DNA from: Seison nebaliae
Lineage: Eukaryota
Reading direction: 5' to 3'
NCBI GenBank assembly: GCA_023231475.1
Contig: JALJEE010000561.1
Coordinates: forward strand, 1 to 64,000
DNA: 64,000 bases
A program made the position numbers and the translations under genes. Below, in pieces: positions 52,814 through 64,000 of the stretch (positions are counted from its first letter, which is position 1; each line of letters begins with the position of its first letter). Under the pieces are notes generated by a model that worked only from the letters and a program-made list of their open reading frames with translations, made no database searches and had not been told where the DNA came from.

Positions 52814-53578
52814 TTCAACAACATAACTCAATATTAACTATCTCCAATTTGAAAATTATTGGTAAATTTATCAAACTTCGTCTAATTCTAATTGATTATC
52901 GTCTTAATTTCTTGAATGGTTCACACGTCTCTAATGAAGAAATTTGTCATCCAATTCAAATTCAGATATATCATCTCGTCCATAAGATCCAATGGAAAAT
53001 CATCATGAAAATAACGTTGATTCTTTTCCTGGAATATCAGTATTCCTTTCGCAAATCTTCGACTATCGTCGCTTTTTATAGTTTTATTTTATTACGATGA
53101 CTCGATTTATTCTCATCAATTTATTTATATCATTTTCTCATATTTCATTTTAAGACGATTTTCTTATTTATTTTATTGACGCAATTTCTTGATATCTTCC
53201 CTCCTAATCCTCACAAATCGTCAATCCCAAAGGCAGCATGTGTTCTTTTTTCTTCTACTTCTTTTGTCCAACGCCAAAGAGAACTTATTTCTCCACTTAT
53301 TTTTCACATGTCAAACAGTTGGGAACTTTCACCCACTTCACACTTCAGATATCTGAGTATTCTTTTCATTTCTCTAAGGAAAACATTTGAAAAACGTTCC
53401 ACATTTATATAATTTCAAAGATGATTTCTGCTATTTATACAATTTTACTTATATACATATCTTTATTTTATCTTTTCTCTTTTATATTTCGCGAAAAATG
53501 AATTTTATTGACTATTTCTTCCACGTTCTTTGTGTAAATTTTCAAGTTTAAGAACGTAACAACTTTTCTCAAACAAAA

Positions 53579-53626
53579 GACAAACAATTCGGAGATTAGA
53601 CAATTTGGAGACAGACGATTCCGGGA
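53579..53626. mobile_element. Remnant end of the MITE family seen at 3037-3368
   Basis: Three degenerate ACAATTCGGAGAC-type subrepeats (ACAATTCGGAGAT, ACAATTTGGAGAC, ACGATTCCGGGA). No partner end was seen. Confidence 0.5.
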
Positions 53627-54069
53627 TTATTTTAAATTGATATGAAGTTCACTTCACTCTTATCAGATATCAAATATTAAATATTAGGAATGAGAAAGTT
53701 CTTCTCTAACGACCAACAACTTTTTTCCAATCAAAATTACGAGTATGATAATAATCATATTTTATTCATTTCATCCATTTCACTTTTCTTCATTTTAATT
53801 GTTATATCCTACAATATATTCCTTAACAGTTTGATGTGTGAACTTTCAAACTATTTCCAACTATCTATTATGTATAAAAGGTTTTTTTTAATGTACTAGT
53901 TGTAATATTTGACTCTGATAATCATGATGTTCTTACTTTTTACTCAACTAAATAACAATATATACTAAATTTTACATAATACTTTAATTTTGGCATAAGT
54001 TTTAGAATAATTAGTTAAAACTAGTTCAACAATTGTTGCCATTGATTACTTCCTATTTGATTCATTACG

Positions 54070-54740
54070 ACTGTAGTAATTCATTCGACATCAATTCTGA
54101 CGTTCGTCAAGGCATTCTTGGGCCTGGGCTTTTAGTCTGGTTATTGATGCGGTTCTACGTCATTTGAATGAGAACAACCATATCACCATGGGAGATACTC
54201 CTTTTCCACTTGTTCTCGTATACACTGACGACATAAGCATCCTTCACCGTTCTCTACGAGAGATGAAATTTCCAAAAATTTCACATCTCCTCGCAGAAAG
54301 AGGAATTTCTATCAACGCATCGAAGAGCCGGTTCCCTTCAATCATATTTCTCTGTTCATTGATTAACATGCGTTCACTCTCTTCAATCACTATGGATCAT
54401 AATCCCAATAAGTTTTGTCGAAAATATTTTTCCTTCTCTCCAGAATCCAAATTTATTTCTTTAAAAATTCGTTTATCAATTCTCAAAAGTATAGTTCGTT
54501 TCTGTCAATGGATCAGACCAACAATCGACTCATTAGGAGGATGGTCTGTTGCTTCAACAGATATAATCGTTCTCTGCTTTTCGATACTGTTGGTTTAGTT
54601 CCGGTCCCAATTCTCTTATGTCGTAGAGCTTTCTCTCTTATTGATAAAACTTCCGCGGTCAGTATTGTTTGCAATTTCGATATATTTAATTGGAGGTCGT
54701 ATTTAGTTTGGACTATTTCAAATCACATAATATTTATCCA
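54070..54740 (+). pseudogene. Decayed non-LTR retrotransposon (LINE, RTE-like) reverse transcriptase fragment
   Basis: Frameshifted motifs in RT order: SNSFDINSDVRQG (~GVRQG), ILGP, VIDAVL, LVYTDDI (~YADD), GISINASKS (~GL.IN..K), SLKIRLSILKSIV. Confidence 0.6.
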
Positions 54741-54977
54741 GATAATTAGACTTTAATTTTTCCTTAATTTAGTGCACTTAAAGCGTCCAAAATGTTTAAC
54801 GGTAAATAACTTTCTTATCAGAAATATCAGCACCATAATCAGCGTCAAATTCAACATATAATGCATTAAGAAAAAGGTTTGTAATAAGACAGTTTATTTT
54901 TTTTGAAGCACTGTGTAATTGTTAGAATCTGATTAGAATAATTGTGATAAACTGGAAAAAATATTATTAAAAGTTTT

Positions 54978-55059
54978 CGACGAGGATGGGATTCGAACCC
55001 ACGCGGGCAGAGCCCATTGGATTAGCAGTCCAACGCCTTAACCACTCGGCCACCTCGTC
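54978..55059 (-). tRNA. tRNA-Ser (anticodon GCT)
   Basis: Reverse complement GACGAGGTGGCCGAGTGGTTAAGGCGTTGGACTGCTAATCCAATGGGCTCTGCCCGCGTGGGTTCGAATCCCATCCTCGTCG: 82 nt, paired acceptor stem, A/B boxes, long variable arm, G discriminator, no encoded CCA, followed by a TTTT Pol III terminator. Confidence 0.97.
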
Positions 55060-55526
55060 CATATGACAATATTGAATTTTCCCATTTTGTCTTTCGTCAA
55101 ACGATTTTTCAACTTGACAAAATCTTTCTTTTCTTTAAAAGTTCTTTTTATCTACGTTAGGCAGAGTGTAAATTTAAAAAATTAGCTGATTTTTGTACGA
55201 ATTAGTATATTGAAAAAGGAATTTAAGTTCGTACGTATAAAATTAAGAAACGAAGAAGAATAATGTAATGTTGTTAGTAGTAGTAGCGATGGGTAAAAAG
55301 TTTCAGGGCTAGTCTTGTAAATAGGAAAACGATATTCATTTTATCATGATAATGGAACTGATTAGACTAATTTTTAACATGATTCTTTTCTGCTTCGACT
55401 AAATTAATCATTAGCACTCTTACATTATTCATCTGTTTTTCATCGACCAACAACTTTTTGAAAGGAAAATGTAATTTGTTCAGTCGAACATTAGTAGAAG
55501 AATAACTTAAACTAAATTTCTCATCA

Positions 55527-56372
55527 ATGGAACATGCGTTTACGTTTGCGGATAAAATATCTGGATATACAAATATTAGTGCGATTCTTTCGAAGAAGTT
55601 TCGACAGAAAGATCGAGATCGAGATATATTACGACGACTTATGGAACTTGAGGAAGAATTCGCCAATCATGAATCGGAAACTGTCAACAATGAAACTAAA
55701 CCAAATTTGATAACAGCGAAGGGAGTTGTTGACAAGTATGTAGACAAATACGCCCGCCAAGAATTGGGTGTCGATTTATCGGTGCAGAAAATAGGGAAAT
55801 TCAAAGGACAGCAACCATTCGATGAATGGTACAGTGAACTAATGAAGAATATTATTAATAAATCAGATGATGAAAGGAATTCAATAATCATACAGTTACT
55901 CGATGATACAGTTGGTAGAGATTTCTTCTTGACATTAGGTTCTCATCCGTCTCTGACACAAACGTTAAATTATTTACGGAAAAATTATAATAAGAAGAAT
56001 GAATTAGTTCGAAGAAAAGAGAAAATATTTCATGAAGTATCCAAATCACAATATATAACATATAACGAATATTTTATATCTCTCCTCACTCTCGGACGAT
56101 ACGTTTATTTGACGAAGAATAGTGGAGAAATTGCAGCAAAGAAAAAATTTCTAAATGACATTACTGATTCTTCATTACTGAAACAATTCAAGAAGAATGG
56201 AGTGACAATTCATTCATCAATTGAAGACATTCTTCAGAGTTTGAAAGATCATGACCTACTCCTCAATGACAGTAATTTGTGCTCTGCACGAATCAAAGGG
56301 AAAAAGTCAACACCTGATGACAATAAATCGAAAACATTCAAAATGAAATTTGGAATTCCTACAATTCTTTAA
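55527..56372 (+). CDS. Stand-alone Ty3/gypsy Gag capsid-like protein, 281 aa, intronless
   Basis: Intact ORF. IGKFKGQQPFDEWYSEL..SDDERNSIIIQLLD..GRDFF..LTQTLNYLRKNY resembles the capsid N-lobe. KSQYITYNEYFISLLTLGRYVY resembles the major homology region. AKKKFLNDI..SIEDILQ resembles the C-lobe. No zinc knuckle, pol or LTR is visible. Pattern recognition only. Confidence 0.55.
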   Translation: MEHAFTFADKISGYTNISAILSKKFRQKDRDRDILRRLMELEEEFANHESETVNNETKPNLITAKGVVDKYVDKYARQELGVDLSVQKIGKFKGQQPFDEWYSELMKNIINKSDDERNSIIIQLLDDTVGRDFFLTLGSHPSLTQTLNYLRKNYNKKNELVRRKEKIFHEVSKSQYITYNEYFISLLTLGRYVYLTKNSGEIAAKKKFLNDITDSSLLKQFKKNGVTIHSSIEDILQSLKDHDLLLNDSNLCSARIKGKKSTPDDNKSKTFKMKFGIPTIL

Positions 56373-56721
56373 GCGATTTTTTTTTAGACAAAAGACCAAT
56401 ATAATATTTAATGTGAAATAGAAATTTTTAAGTTTTCCTATTTCTCACTCCTATGAAAATTACAAGAACAATCGTCAAAAATCTATAAGTATAGAAAGAA
56501 GTTTTTTTCCAGAATTTTTTGTAGTTTGTCAGTTTATTTTATTCTGTTAATCTGTATGGTCCAATGGAGAAAATGTCCTTCTTCAAATTTTATTGAGATT
56601 ACAAGTTCGAGTTCTGAATTTGTGATCGATAAAAGTTGTTCATAATTTTACTTTGGAGAATAACATAAAATAAACATTCGTTTATTGAAATCACGATAAT
56701 ACAGTATACAAATCATATTAA

Positions 56722-57443
56722 TCAAAGAGGACAAATGAAATTTTTAATTTTTACTTGTTTGTGGAAATGAATACATTTCCTTTGAGATTCATCTACGATG
56801 TTCGTTAATATTCTCCGATGCACAGTAGATATTCCACAATTGTCAAAAATCAGTTGCGTGTTACTTAATGTTGTTCTATTCAACTTTAAATTGAAGATTA
56901 TTGTGTCTAAATTGAAATTGCGAAATTCAATTCGTTCACATTGTCCCAATGATTCCAAACCGCTCGAAATGGTACAACAATTAAAAATCATCGATTTCAA
57001 TGAACGACTCGGTTTTCCTATGGCCACTCCGTTGACGTTATTTAGTTGAATTTCTTCTACATTCCTTAAATGTCTAATGACCATACGGTTTCTAAGTAAA
57101 TGTTTTTCGTTGTTTTTGGGTGAGATGTTCAATCTTTTCACACATCGTGCTAAGTCTCTTGTCAACACTCGACGTAAAGCGTTGGGAGTGATACTTATCG
57201 ATCTCCATAACAGTGGACTATTCACCAAATATTTCCATTTGGAACAAACTCTTTTAAAGAGATTTATTTGGAAGACATGAGAAGAATAAAGATAAAAGTT
57301 AACTGTTCTACTACCAATTTATCGTCTAATAAGTAGGAGAAGATCCTCATTAAAATTTCATTTGGTAAATTATTAATTGTTTTATGTTTTATCGGTTTCG
57401 CTTCCTCCATCTCCATTCGTCGACTTTTAGCACGAGTTGCCAT
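56722..57443 (-). CDS. F-box protein with short LRR-like C-terminus, ~222 aa, 2 exons
   Basis: Exons 57443-57304 and 57250-56722 (53-nt intron GTTAAC..TAAAAG). Spliced INNLPNEILMRIFSYL..VVEQVCSKWKYLVNSPLLWRSI is a complete F-box, followed by LRR-like units (VKRLNI, VEEIQL, LKSMIF). Confidence 0.82.
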
Positions 57444-58015
57444 TTCCTCTAAAAATTAATGAGACAACAAAAACTAATTTGTCTGAATTCAATTCAATTT
57501 GAATAGTGATCGATGTTAGTTGGAAGATTCTTTCTTCAAGAAATGTTTAAAAGTTCTTTGTTACAATGTTTTAATTAGAATGATTTCGCAACAACTTAAA
57601 ATTAAATAACAAAATTTATTTTTTTCCCATTTCAGTTAATTGGCAGCTCTTCGTTTAACAAATAAATTTTGAGATATGAACAGAAGGAGTGAAAATAAGA
57701 GAACAGACAGATTGAAACAATTAGCCAAATAGGAAAATAAAAGAAATAATCGAATTAATTCGAATTAAATTCAATGAAAGCTTAAATGTGAATTTAATTT
57801 GAATTTTCTCGATTAAAACCAACAAACATCTCTCACAATTGAGAAGCGAATTGATAAATTAAAAAACTAGTCCTAATATTCTCTTTGACTGCAGCGATTA
57901 AATTTTCTACTATTTTTTCCGGTAAATTTCTCAATTTGGAATAACAGAATAATCTGAAGTTTTTTTTAAATTTTCTATTTGAAATTCATCTCAACTTAAC
58001 TTTCTTTATCTAGAA

Positions 58016-58474
58016 ATGATTATTAATCGATTATTAAATTTGAATGTTCGACGTCAATTAATTGATGTGAGTCGTCGTCGACTCATTTTACCGACAACAA
58101 CTCTGAAATCGATCGCCCAACAGAATGCGGAACATGTGAGTGGAGGACAACAACATTCGGCGAATCATTGGACTGCTGAACGTGCATTGGCATCAACAAT
58201 GGTCGTTCTCATTCCTACTTCCTTATATTTACAAAATCCATATTTGGATTGTGTATTCGTCTCAGGATTGATGTTACACGCACATTGGGGAATGCAATGT
58301 ATTTTGACCGATTATGTCCATGGGAAGATGTTACCGAAAATGGCGAATGGAATTCTATTGACAGCGTCAATTCTGGCACTTTTGGGCTTACTCAGTTATT
58401 CGTATAAGAGTGACGGATTCTCGTCGTTGGTTGTGAATATGTGGAAAGCGGACACTTTCTTCCCGTTGAAATGA
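58016..58474 (+). CDS. SDHD: Succinate dehydrogenase cytochrome b small subunit (CybS), 152 aa, intronless CDS
   Basis: Arg-rich mitochondrial presequence. HWTAERAL, LHAHWGMQCILTDYVHG (heme His and quinone-site DY), three TM segments, terminal V..MWK. Confidence 0.95.
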   Translation: MIINRLLNLNVRRQLIDVSRRRLILPTTTLKSIAQQNAEHVSGGQQHSANHWTAERALASTMVVLIPTSLYLQNPYLDCVFVSGLMLHAHWGMQCILTDYVHGKMLPKMANGILLTASILALLGLLSYSYKSDGFSSLVVNMWKADTFFPLK

Positions 58475-59039
58475 AGAAATAAGATAAATGAATTGGAGGA
58501 GAAAAGTTTAGATGATTTCCTGAGAAGAAATTTCTTATCAGTTTCAGTAAAGAATTAAATTCAATTTTTTGTCTTTTAATCTTACGAGAATTTTTTTAAT
58601 GACGTTAATGAAAACGGCTCTTGAATGAAAAAGAAAAAATAAATGTTTCAGTATAATAAAGTAAAGACTTATAAGCTTAGAATTGATGAGACGGTTTAAT
58701 TAGACGTGTGTGAACATGTCGAAGGAATTGAATAAGAAGAAATTAATAATAATTTATTGGAAGGTTGGTTGATTGTGTGTGGACATGTAAGATTCATTAA
58801 TAAACATCGTCTAGTAAATTTATGGGGAAAGTTCAAATAAACAACTAATGTTAGAAAGGAGGAAGGTAACTAGAAAGATGAATTATTTCACATAATCTCT
58901 TCTGTAATTATTACTCACAATAATTTCTCTCGTTCATAAGCAGTTCAATATTTGGAAGTAAAAAAGGAAAATTGTTGTAAAGAGAAGATTTGATTGATGT
59001 ATCATTTGTACGACATTGACTTCAATCTCCAATAAGACA

Positions 59040-62000
59040 ATGGGTAATCGATTATCAGATGAAGTGATGAAATCAGTGACTGCTCAACTGATTCGTCAAT
59101 ATCTGGGAAATATTTTCGAGACGAAGATTAAGAAGGAGCAATTAGATTTACATTTGAGGAAAGGACAGATCACATTGAAGAAGTTGAAATTGGATGTGAA
59201 TTATTTGAATGAATTACTTCACAATCTCCTCCAGGAGAATGGTGAGATTGATGGTTTGGGAGATGATGATTGTGAAGATGAATCTTCTTCTTCCTCTTCG
59301 GACAGTGAAGACAGTAGTCGATCGGAATCAGATAGATCATCTGTGAATGATGGATCGTTAATAACGACGATAACGAAAACGGGAAGTGAGAGATTGCGAA
59401 CGAAGAAGTTCTCTATTTCCGATCACACCAAAAAGAAGAAAAGGAAGAAGAAGAGGAGGAGATTGAAACGGATCGACGATTCCAAATTTCCGATATTGAT
59501 CACAAGTGGATTTGTGGAGGAGTTGAATGTGAAATGTTCGATCTTTTCTTTTCAGGATATTTTCCGTTTACAAATTAAAGGAATTCGAATAAGTGTTAGT
59601 CTGAATGAGGAATATAGTCATCGATTGAAAGAGAAATCTTTCACAACTGACGAATTAATCGGTTCCGTCATCAATCATATTCAAAATCAATCCACACGAT
59701 TATATGATCGGATGGAATTGAGTATGAAACAATTAGAGCAATATCAATCAGCTGATTCAGAGAATGAGAGTGAACTCCAATCGACGATGGATTCCAAATC
59801 GAACATCTCTTCCATCGCTTCTTCCTTATTATCAGCCAAATCGAATTTTACAAATAATACTGTTCATTCATCAACGAATAAATCAGATACGTCTCACACT
59901 TCACAATTCTTCTTTGAAGAAAAACGGAAAAATGATCAATTATTAGAGAGTACGAAGAATATGCATGAGATGGTTGAATCGATTCTCAAAAATTTCATTT
60001 TCGTAGCAGAAGATATTGAAATTCTCATCGATGTTATTCCAATGAACGAACGAGATTCATCAGCTCGATTACCTTCAATAAATTTGAAATTCTCTCGAAT
60101 CGAATTTTTCGATGCCGATATCGATTCACCATTTGATGAGACGAAGAATGAGAAATATATGAAAAAGAATGAGAATCGAGGCAATTTCGGACAGATAACA
60201 GATGGACGTTTAAGTAAGAAAATTAATCTCATCGATTTCACTGTGTCACTAGTGGAAGTGCTCGATTATAAATCGACATCTCAACTTCTCATTGATACAT
60301 TGAAACAACGACGATCAGTTATACGTAATCGACATAATAGTAAATTGAAGGAGTCGATAAGAAATCGAAAAAAGGAAACTAATAGAAAACGTCAAGAAAC
60401 ATTACGACCAACTGATACGGTTTATAATAACGACGATATTTTGAAAGAAAATTATCAGCGATATATGTATGGAATCGGTCCGGTTTTCGAGAAGAAAATC
60501 GATTCATCTGAATCATTTAGTGACGATTCGAATTCTAACGACAAAATTAATACTTCACTCTATTTCAATCAAGAGATCAACGACACAATCAAATCATACA
60601 GTGAAGATGATAACGACGATGATGATGATGATGATGATGATGATGATAATGATGATGATGATGATGAAGTTCAACAACAATTTCTGACGAATGGAAAAGA
60701 TTTATATTTGACGAAAGTTCCCATATTGAGAATAGGATCGGCGATAAAATTGTTAATACATTTGGATGAGGAAAAAGTTCCGAGTCGTGTCAGAGATAAA
60801 TTCCGTCGATCAGGAATTACAGAGAAAGTTATTCGAATAACTTCATCAATTCCTAATATTAACATGCTCCTCTCTCCACGACAATTTTATCAATTGATCG
60901 ATATTATTAATGTGTCGTCGAAAATTATTAATGATCTTGTCTCATCGACCACGTCACATTCGAATCAAATTCCGTTGAATGATTTCCATCCGATGAGAAT
61001 GAATTGTCGAGAAACGGAAGAAACTTTCATGGATTCTTTATATTTGGATGCACAGAATGAGATGGAAACGGGATCATTAATTTCTTCGTCTCATACGAAA
61101 AGTAGTCGGACGGATAAGAAATCGTCGATGAATTTCTCGACGACTAATTCGACGAGACGGAGGAAGAAAAAATGTTTTCGACAAACGACCGAAATGTCGA
61201 TGGAGGAACATTTACATAAACATATCGATCTCTATTTTAATTCGTCACCGACAAATTTGAATCAGTTGGAAGTGGGCATCGATATGAAATGTTTCACTTT
61301 CACTTTATTATCAAACGATTATCGATATGAATTATCGAATGAGAAATGTGTTCGATTATATGAATGTTTATTGAAGAATTTGAAGGATTATGAGAAGAAT
61401 CAATCGAAATGTCGTCAATTTCGACATCATCCGAATTATTTGGCGAAATATCAGGCGAAATTCGTTACCATCAAATACGATATCGATAAATGTGTTGATG
61501 ATTTGAAGAATTATTTGAGATCGATTGAAAATGACGAAGATAAATTATTATATTCCATTCGTCATTATGAGATTGGGAAGAATTATTTCGAAGAATTGGA
61601 ATCGATTCAAAATGATCATTTGAAAAAGATGGACGTATATGTCAATCAACGGAATTCTAATGATTCTACATTATCCAATCTTAATCGATCACAATATCTC
61701 TTTAATGCTTATCAGAGTTTATGTAAAGGAATTAATCGATTTATGATTATAGTGAATCATATTAATCTCAAATTAAATGATACATTGAAAACGATGAAGA
61801 GTGAATATGGTTCATTATTCCGATATCATCTCGTCATTCAATCGGCACCAATAATTTTGGAATTTGTCAATGATTATTATGGAAATAAATCAAAACGATC
61901 GAATTTGTATGTTCTAGACGAGAATGAGAAGAGAAAGTTAAAGAAAGAAATATTGGAAGATGGAAGAGAATCGACAATTGATAAAGATAATGGAGAAATG

Positions 62001-63241
62001 GATAAAATTCAAACGATAACTATTCCGATTTTGGTGGATGATTTGAAGAAACGTCAACGAACATTCGACCAACAAAAATATCAATCATCTGGTGCAGCGA
62101 TTGAAATCAATGGATGGTTCTTCAGTCCTGACACGATTCGACATACGGTCAATTTCCGTTATCTCTCCCAATACCATTGGATGAAATGTACGTGTTTCAT
62201 TAATCTATTCGTAGAATTGGATGTGAAGATAATGGATCGATGGAATTATTTCTCTAATCATCCATTAATTCCATTCATTGAACAATCATCAAAGAAAGGA
62301 AATAATGAAGGTGATGATGATGATTATTATGATGATAATAATAATAATACGTCGTTCAAAGAAAAAAAACCAGAAAATTGTTTATTTTGTTCGGTGGAAG
62401 AGAATTGGAATAATCAAATATCGACAGGAGGAATTAGTTGTCAATTGAAATCGATATCAGTGAGAATTTTAGTACCATCATCATCGATCTCGTTGGATCG
62501 GTCGGGATGGTTGAATGAAGAAGAGAATGAGGAGAGAGGAGATGATGAGAGGAAGAATAAGAAATTTGAGGAATTGAAAGAAATTATGAAATTCCAATCT
62601 AGATGTCCATGGTTATCATATGATGATAATTGTCAATCATATTTCCTTCTCTTCTTCCAACACATCAATTTGACAGTGAAATATAATTCAGAAGATAAAA
62701 TTTTCATTTGTAAATCGAAGCAAATGGAGAAATGTTTAGAAAAGAATAAGTTGAATGATAAATACTATAAATTATTACCCATGAATGAGATGATTGTTGA
62801 GATGGAGAAAACTGAAGTTCATTATTATCAATTAAATAAATCAAATAAATTTAAACGGACGACATCATCATCATTCTCATCGGAATTACAAGAGATTGAG
62901 AAGAAATTAATGAATGAAGGACGACATCTACTTTTGAAATTGGATGGATTCGAAGAATTATTACCTACCGTTATCTTCCAATTCAATTCTCTTCCACAAC
63001 ATCAACTTTTCAATCAAAAATTCAATATTCATTCTCATAAACATATGACGATGACATTAATCGATTTTACGAAAGGAATTCGTCAACGACACAATTCATC
63101 GAATGATAATGATCATTATTTTCAACGACAAACATCATATACAAACGGTCAATTGAAGAATACACTTCAATGTCATGAAACGAACGAATATTTACCATTC
63201 CAATTTGAATCAATGAACAACAACAACAATAATAATGGGAC

Positions 63242-63273
<32 letters not shown>

Positions 63274-64000
63274 GAATTAATAATCGTCAATTGAATGATA
63301 ATGGAACATTTCCATTGCTCAATTCGTTTACATTTGATCAATTGTTGAATTGGAGAGAACGATCATCATCGATCTGGTTAAGAGATCCAACAGAGAAAAT
63401 ATCAAACAATCGTTATCGAACTCCATCAAAGAATATATCATTGAACAATTATCATACCGGTTCATTATCCACATTAAATATCCAATTACCGATGTTGTTG
63501 TTATTTGTGGGGAATGGAGAGACGTTGAATAAATTACAAATTGATTTTATTGATCGATTAATATCGTTTGAATTGAATGCTAATAGATTCGTATCGATTA
63601 TTTTCGAGAAATCTCCTATAAAAAAACGACCACTAATCACTTCTGATTTTGATATGGAACGTTCATCTATGTTCTATTCGACTGTCGATACAATGGCACA
63701 ATCATCCTCTTCCACTTCTCTAATGTCGACAACATCATCCAATTCTTCTCGATCGACAATGAGAAATATTTGTGATAATACATCATCATCTCCTATATCG
63801 TCCAAATCATTTCCACGTAACAATTTACCATCGAATTTTCAATTGAACATTTCCATCATGAAAAGTTGCGATATCATTCTCGATCTGTTCGATGAAGAGA
63901 AGAAGAAAAAGAATAAGGAATTCCTTTGGTTCGATTTCAAATCATTAGAAATGACTTTAGTCGATTCATTCAGTTGTGATCCACGATTGTCATATATCGC
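59040..64000 (+). CDS. ATG2: Autophagy-related protein 2 (chorein-N lipid-transfer protein), 5' part, runs off the window
   Basis: ATG at 59040: MGNRLSDEVMKSVTAQLIRQYLGNIFETKIKKEQLDLHLRKGQITLKKLKLDVNYLNE aligns to the ATG2 N-terminus (ESIKKRACRYLLQRYLGHFLQEKLSLEQLSLDLYQG). Later PILITSGFVEEL and LLSPRQFYQL motifs. The frame is open at all points spot-checked (60600, 63240, 63960). It is missing from the ORF track, consistent with there being no stop in the window. Confidence 0.85.

Overview
AT-rich (roughly 30% GC by eye) eukaryotic genomic DNA from an invertebrate animal with compact introns of about 41-75 nt. A spiralian such as a syndermatan or flatworm is a guess, not established. Manual splicing gives these genes in order: a small secreted single-VWC protein (1200-1567), Hrs/HGS (10 exons, 4487-8148), a 5-HT2-like aminergic GPCR, a divergent APH-1, a ~2,450-aa coiled-coil/NQ-rich orphan, NUDT16, a truncated TopBP1, an RFX transcription factor, tRNA-Ser(GCT), a solo Gag-capsid-like ORF, an F-box gene, SDHD, and the 5' part of ATG2 (open to the window end and absent from the ORF track). 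Mobile DNA: two MITEs with target-site duplications, a decayed hAT transposon plus a second copy of its end, and a decayed non-LTR RT fragment. Strongest signals: (1) 21 of 23 inferred 5' splice sites are GTT and none is GTAAG/GTGAG, which suggests a shifted donor code; (2) an intact stand-alone Gag-like ORF beside an antisense tRNA-Ser gene; (3) a dense X-box cluster between the divergent TopBP1 and RFX genes; (4) a TopBP1 reduced to a yeast-like BRCT set; (5) a 5-HT2-like receptor lacking both ionic-lock acidic residues. All family calls come from recalled motifs. No database search was run.
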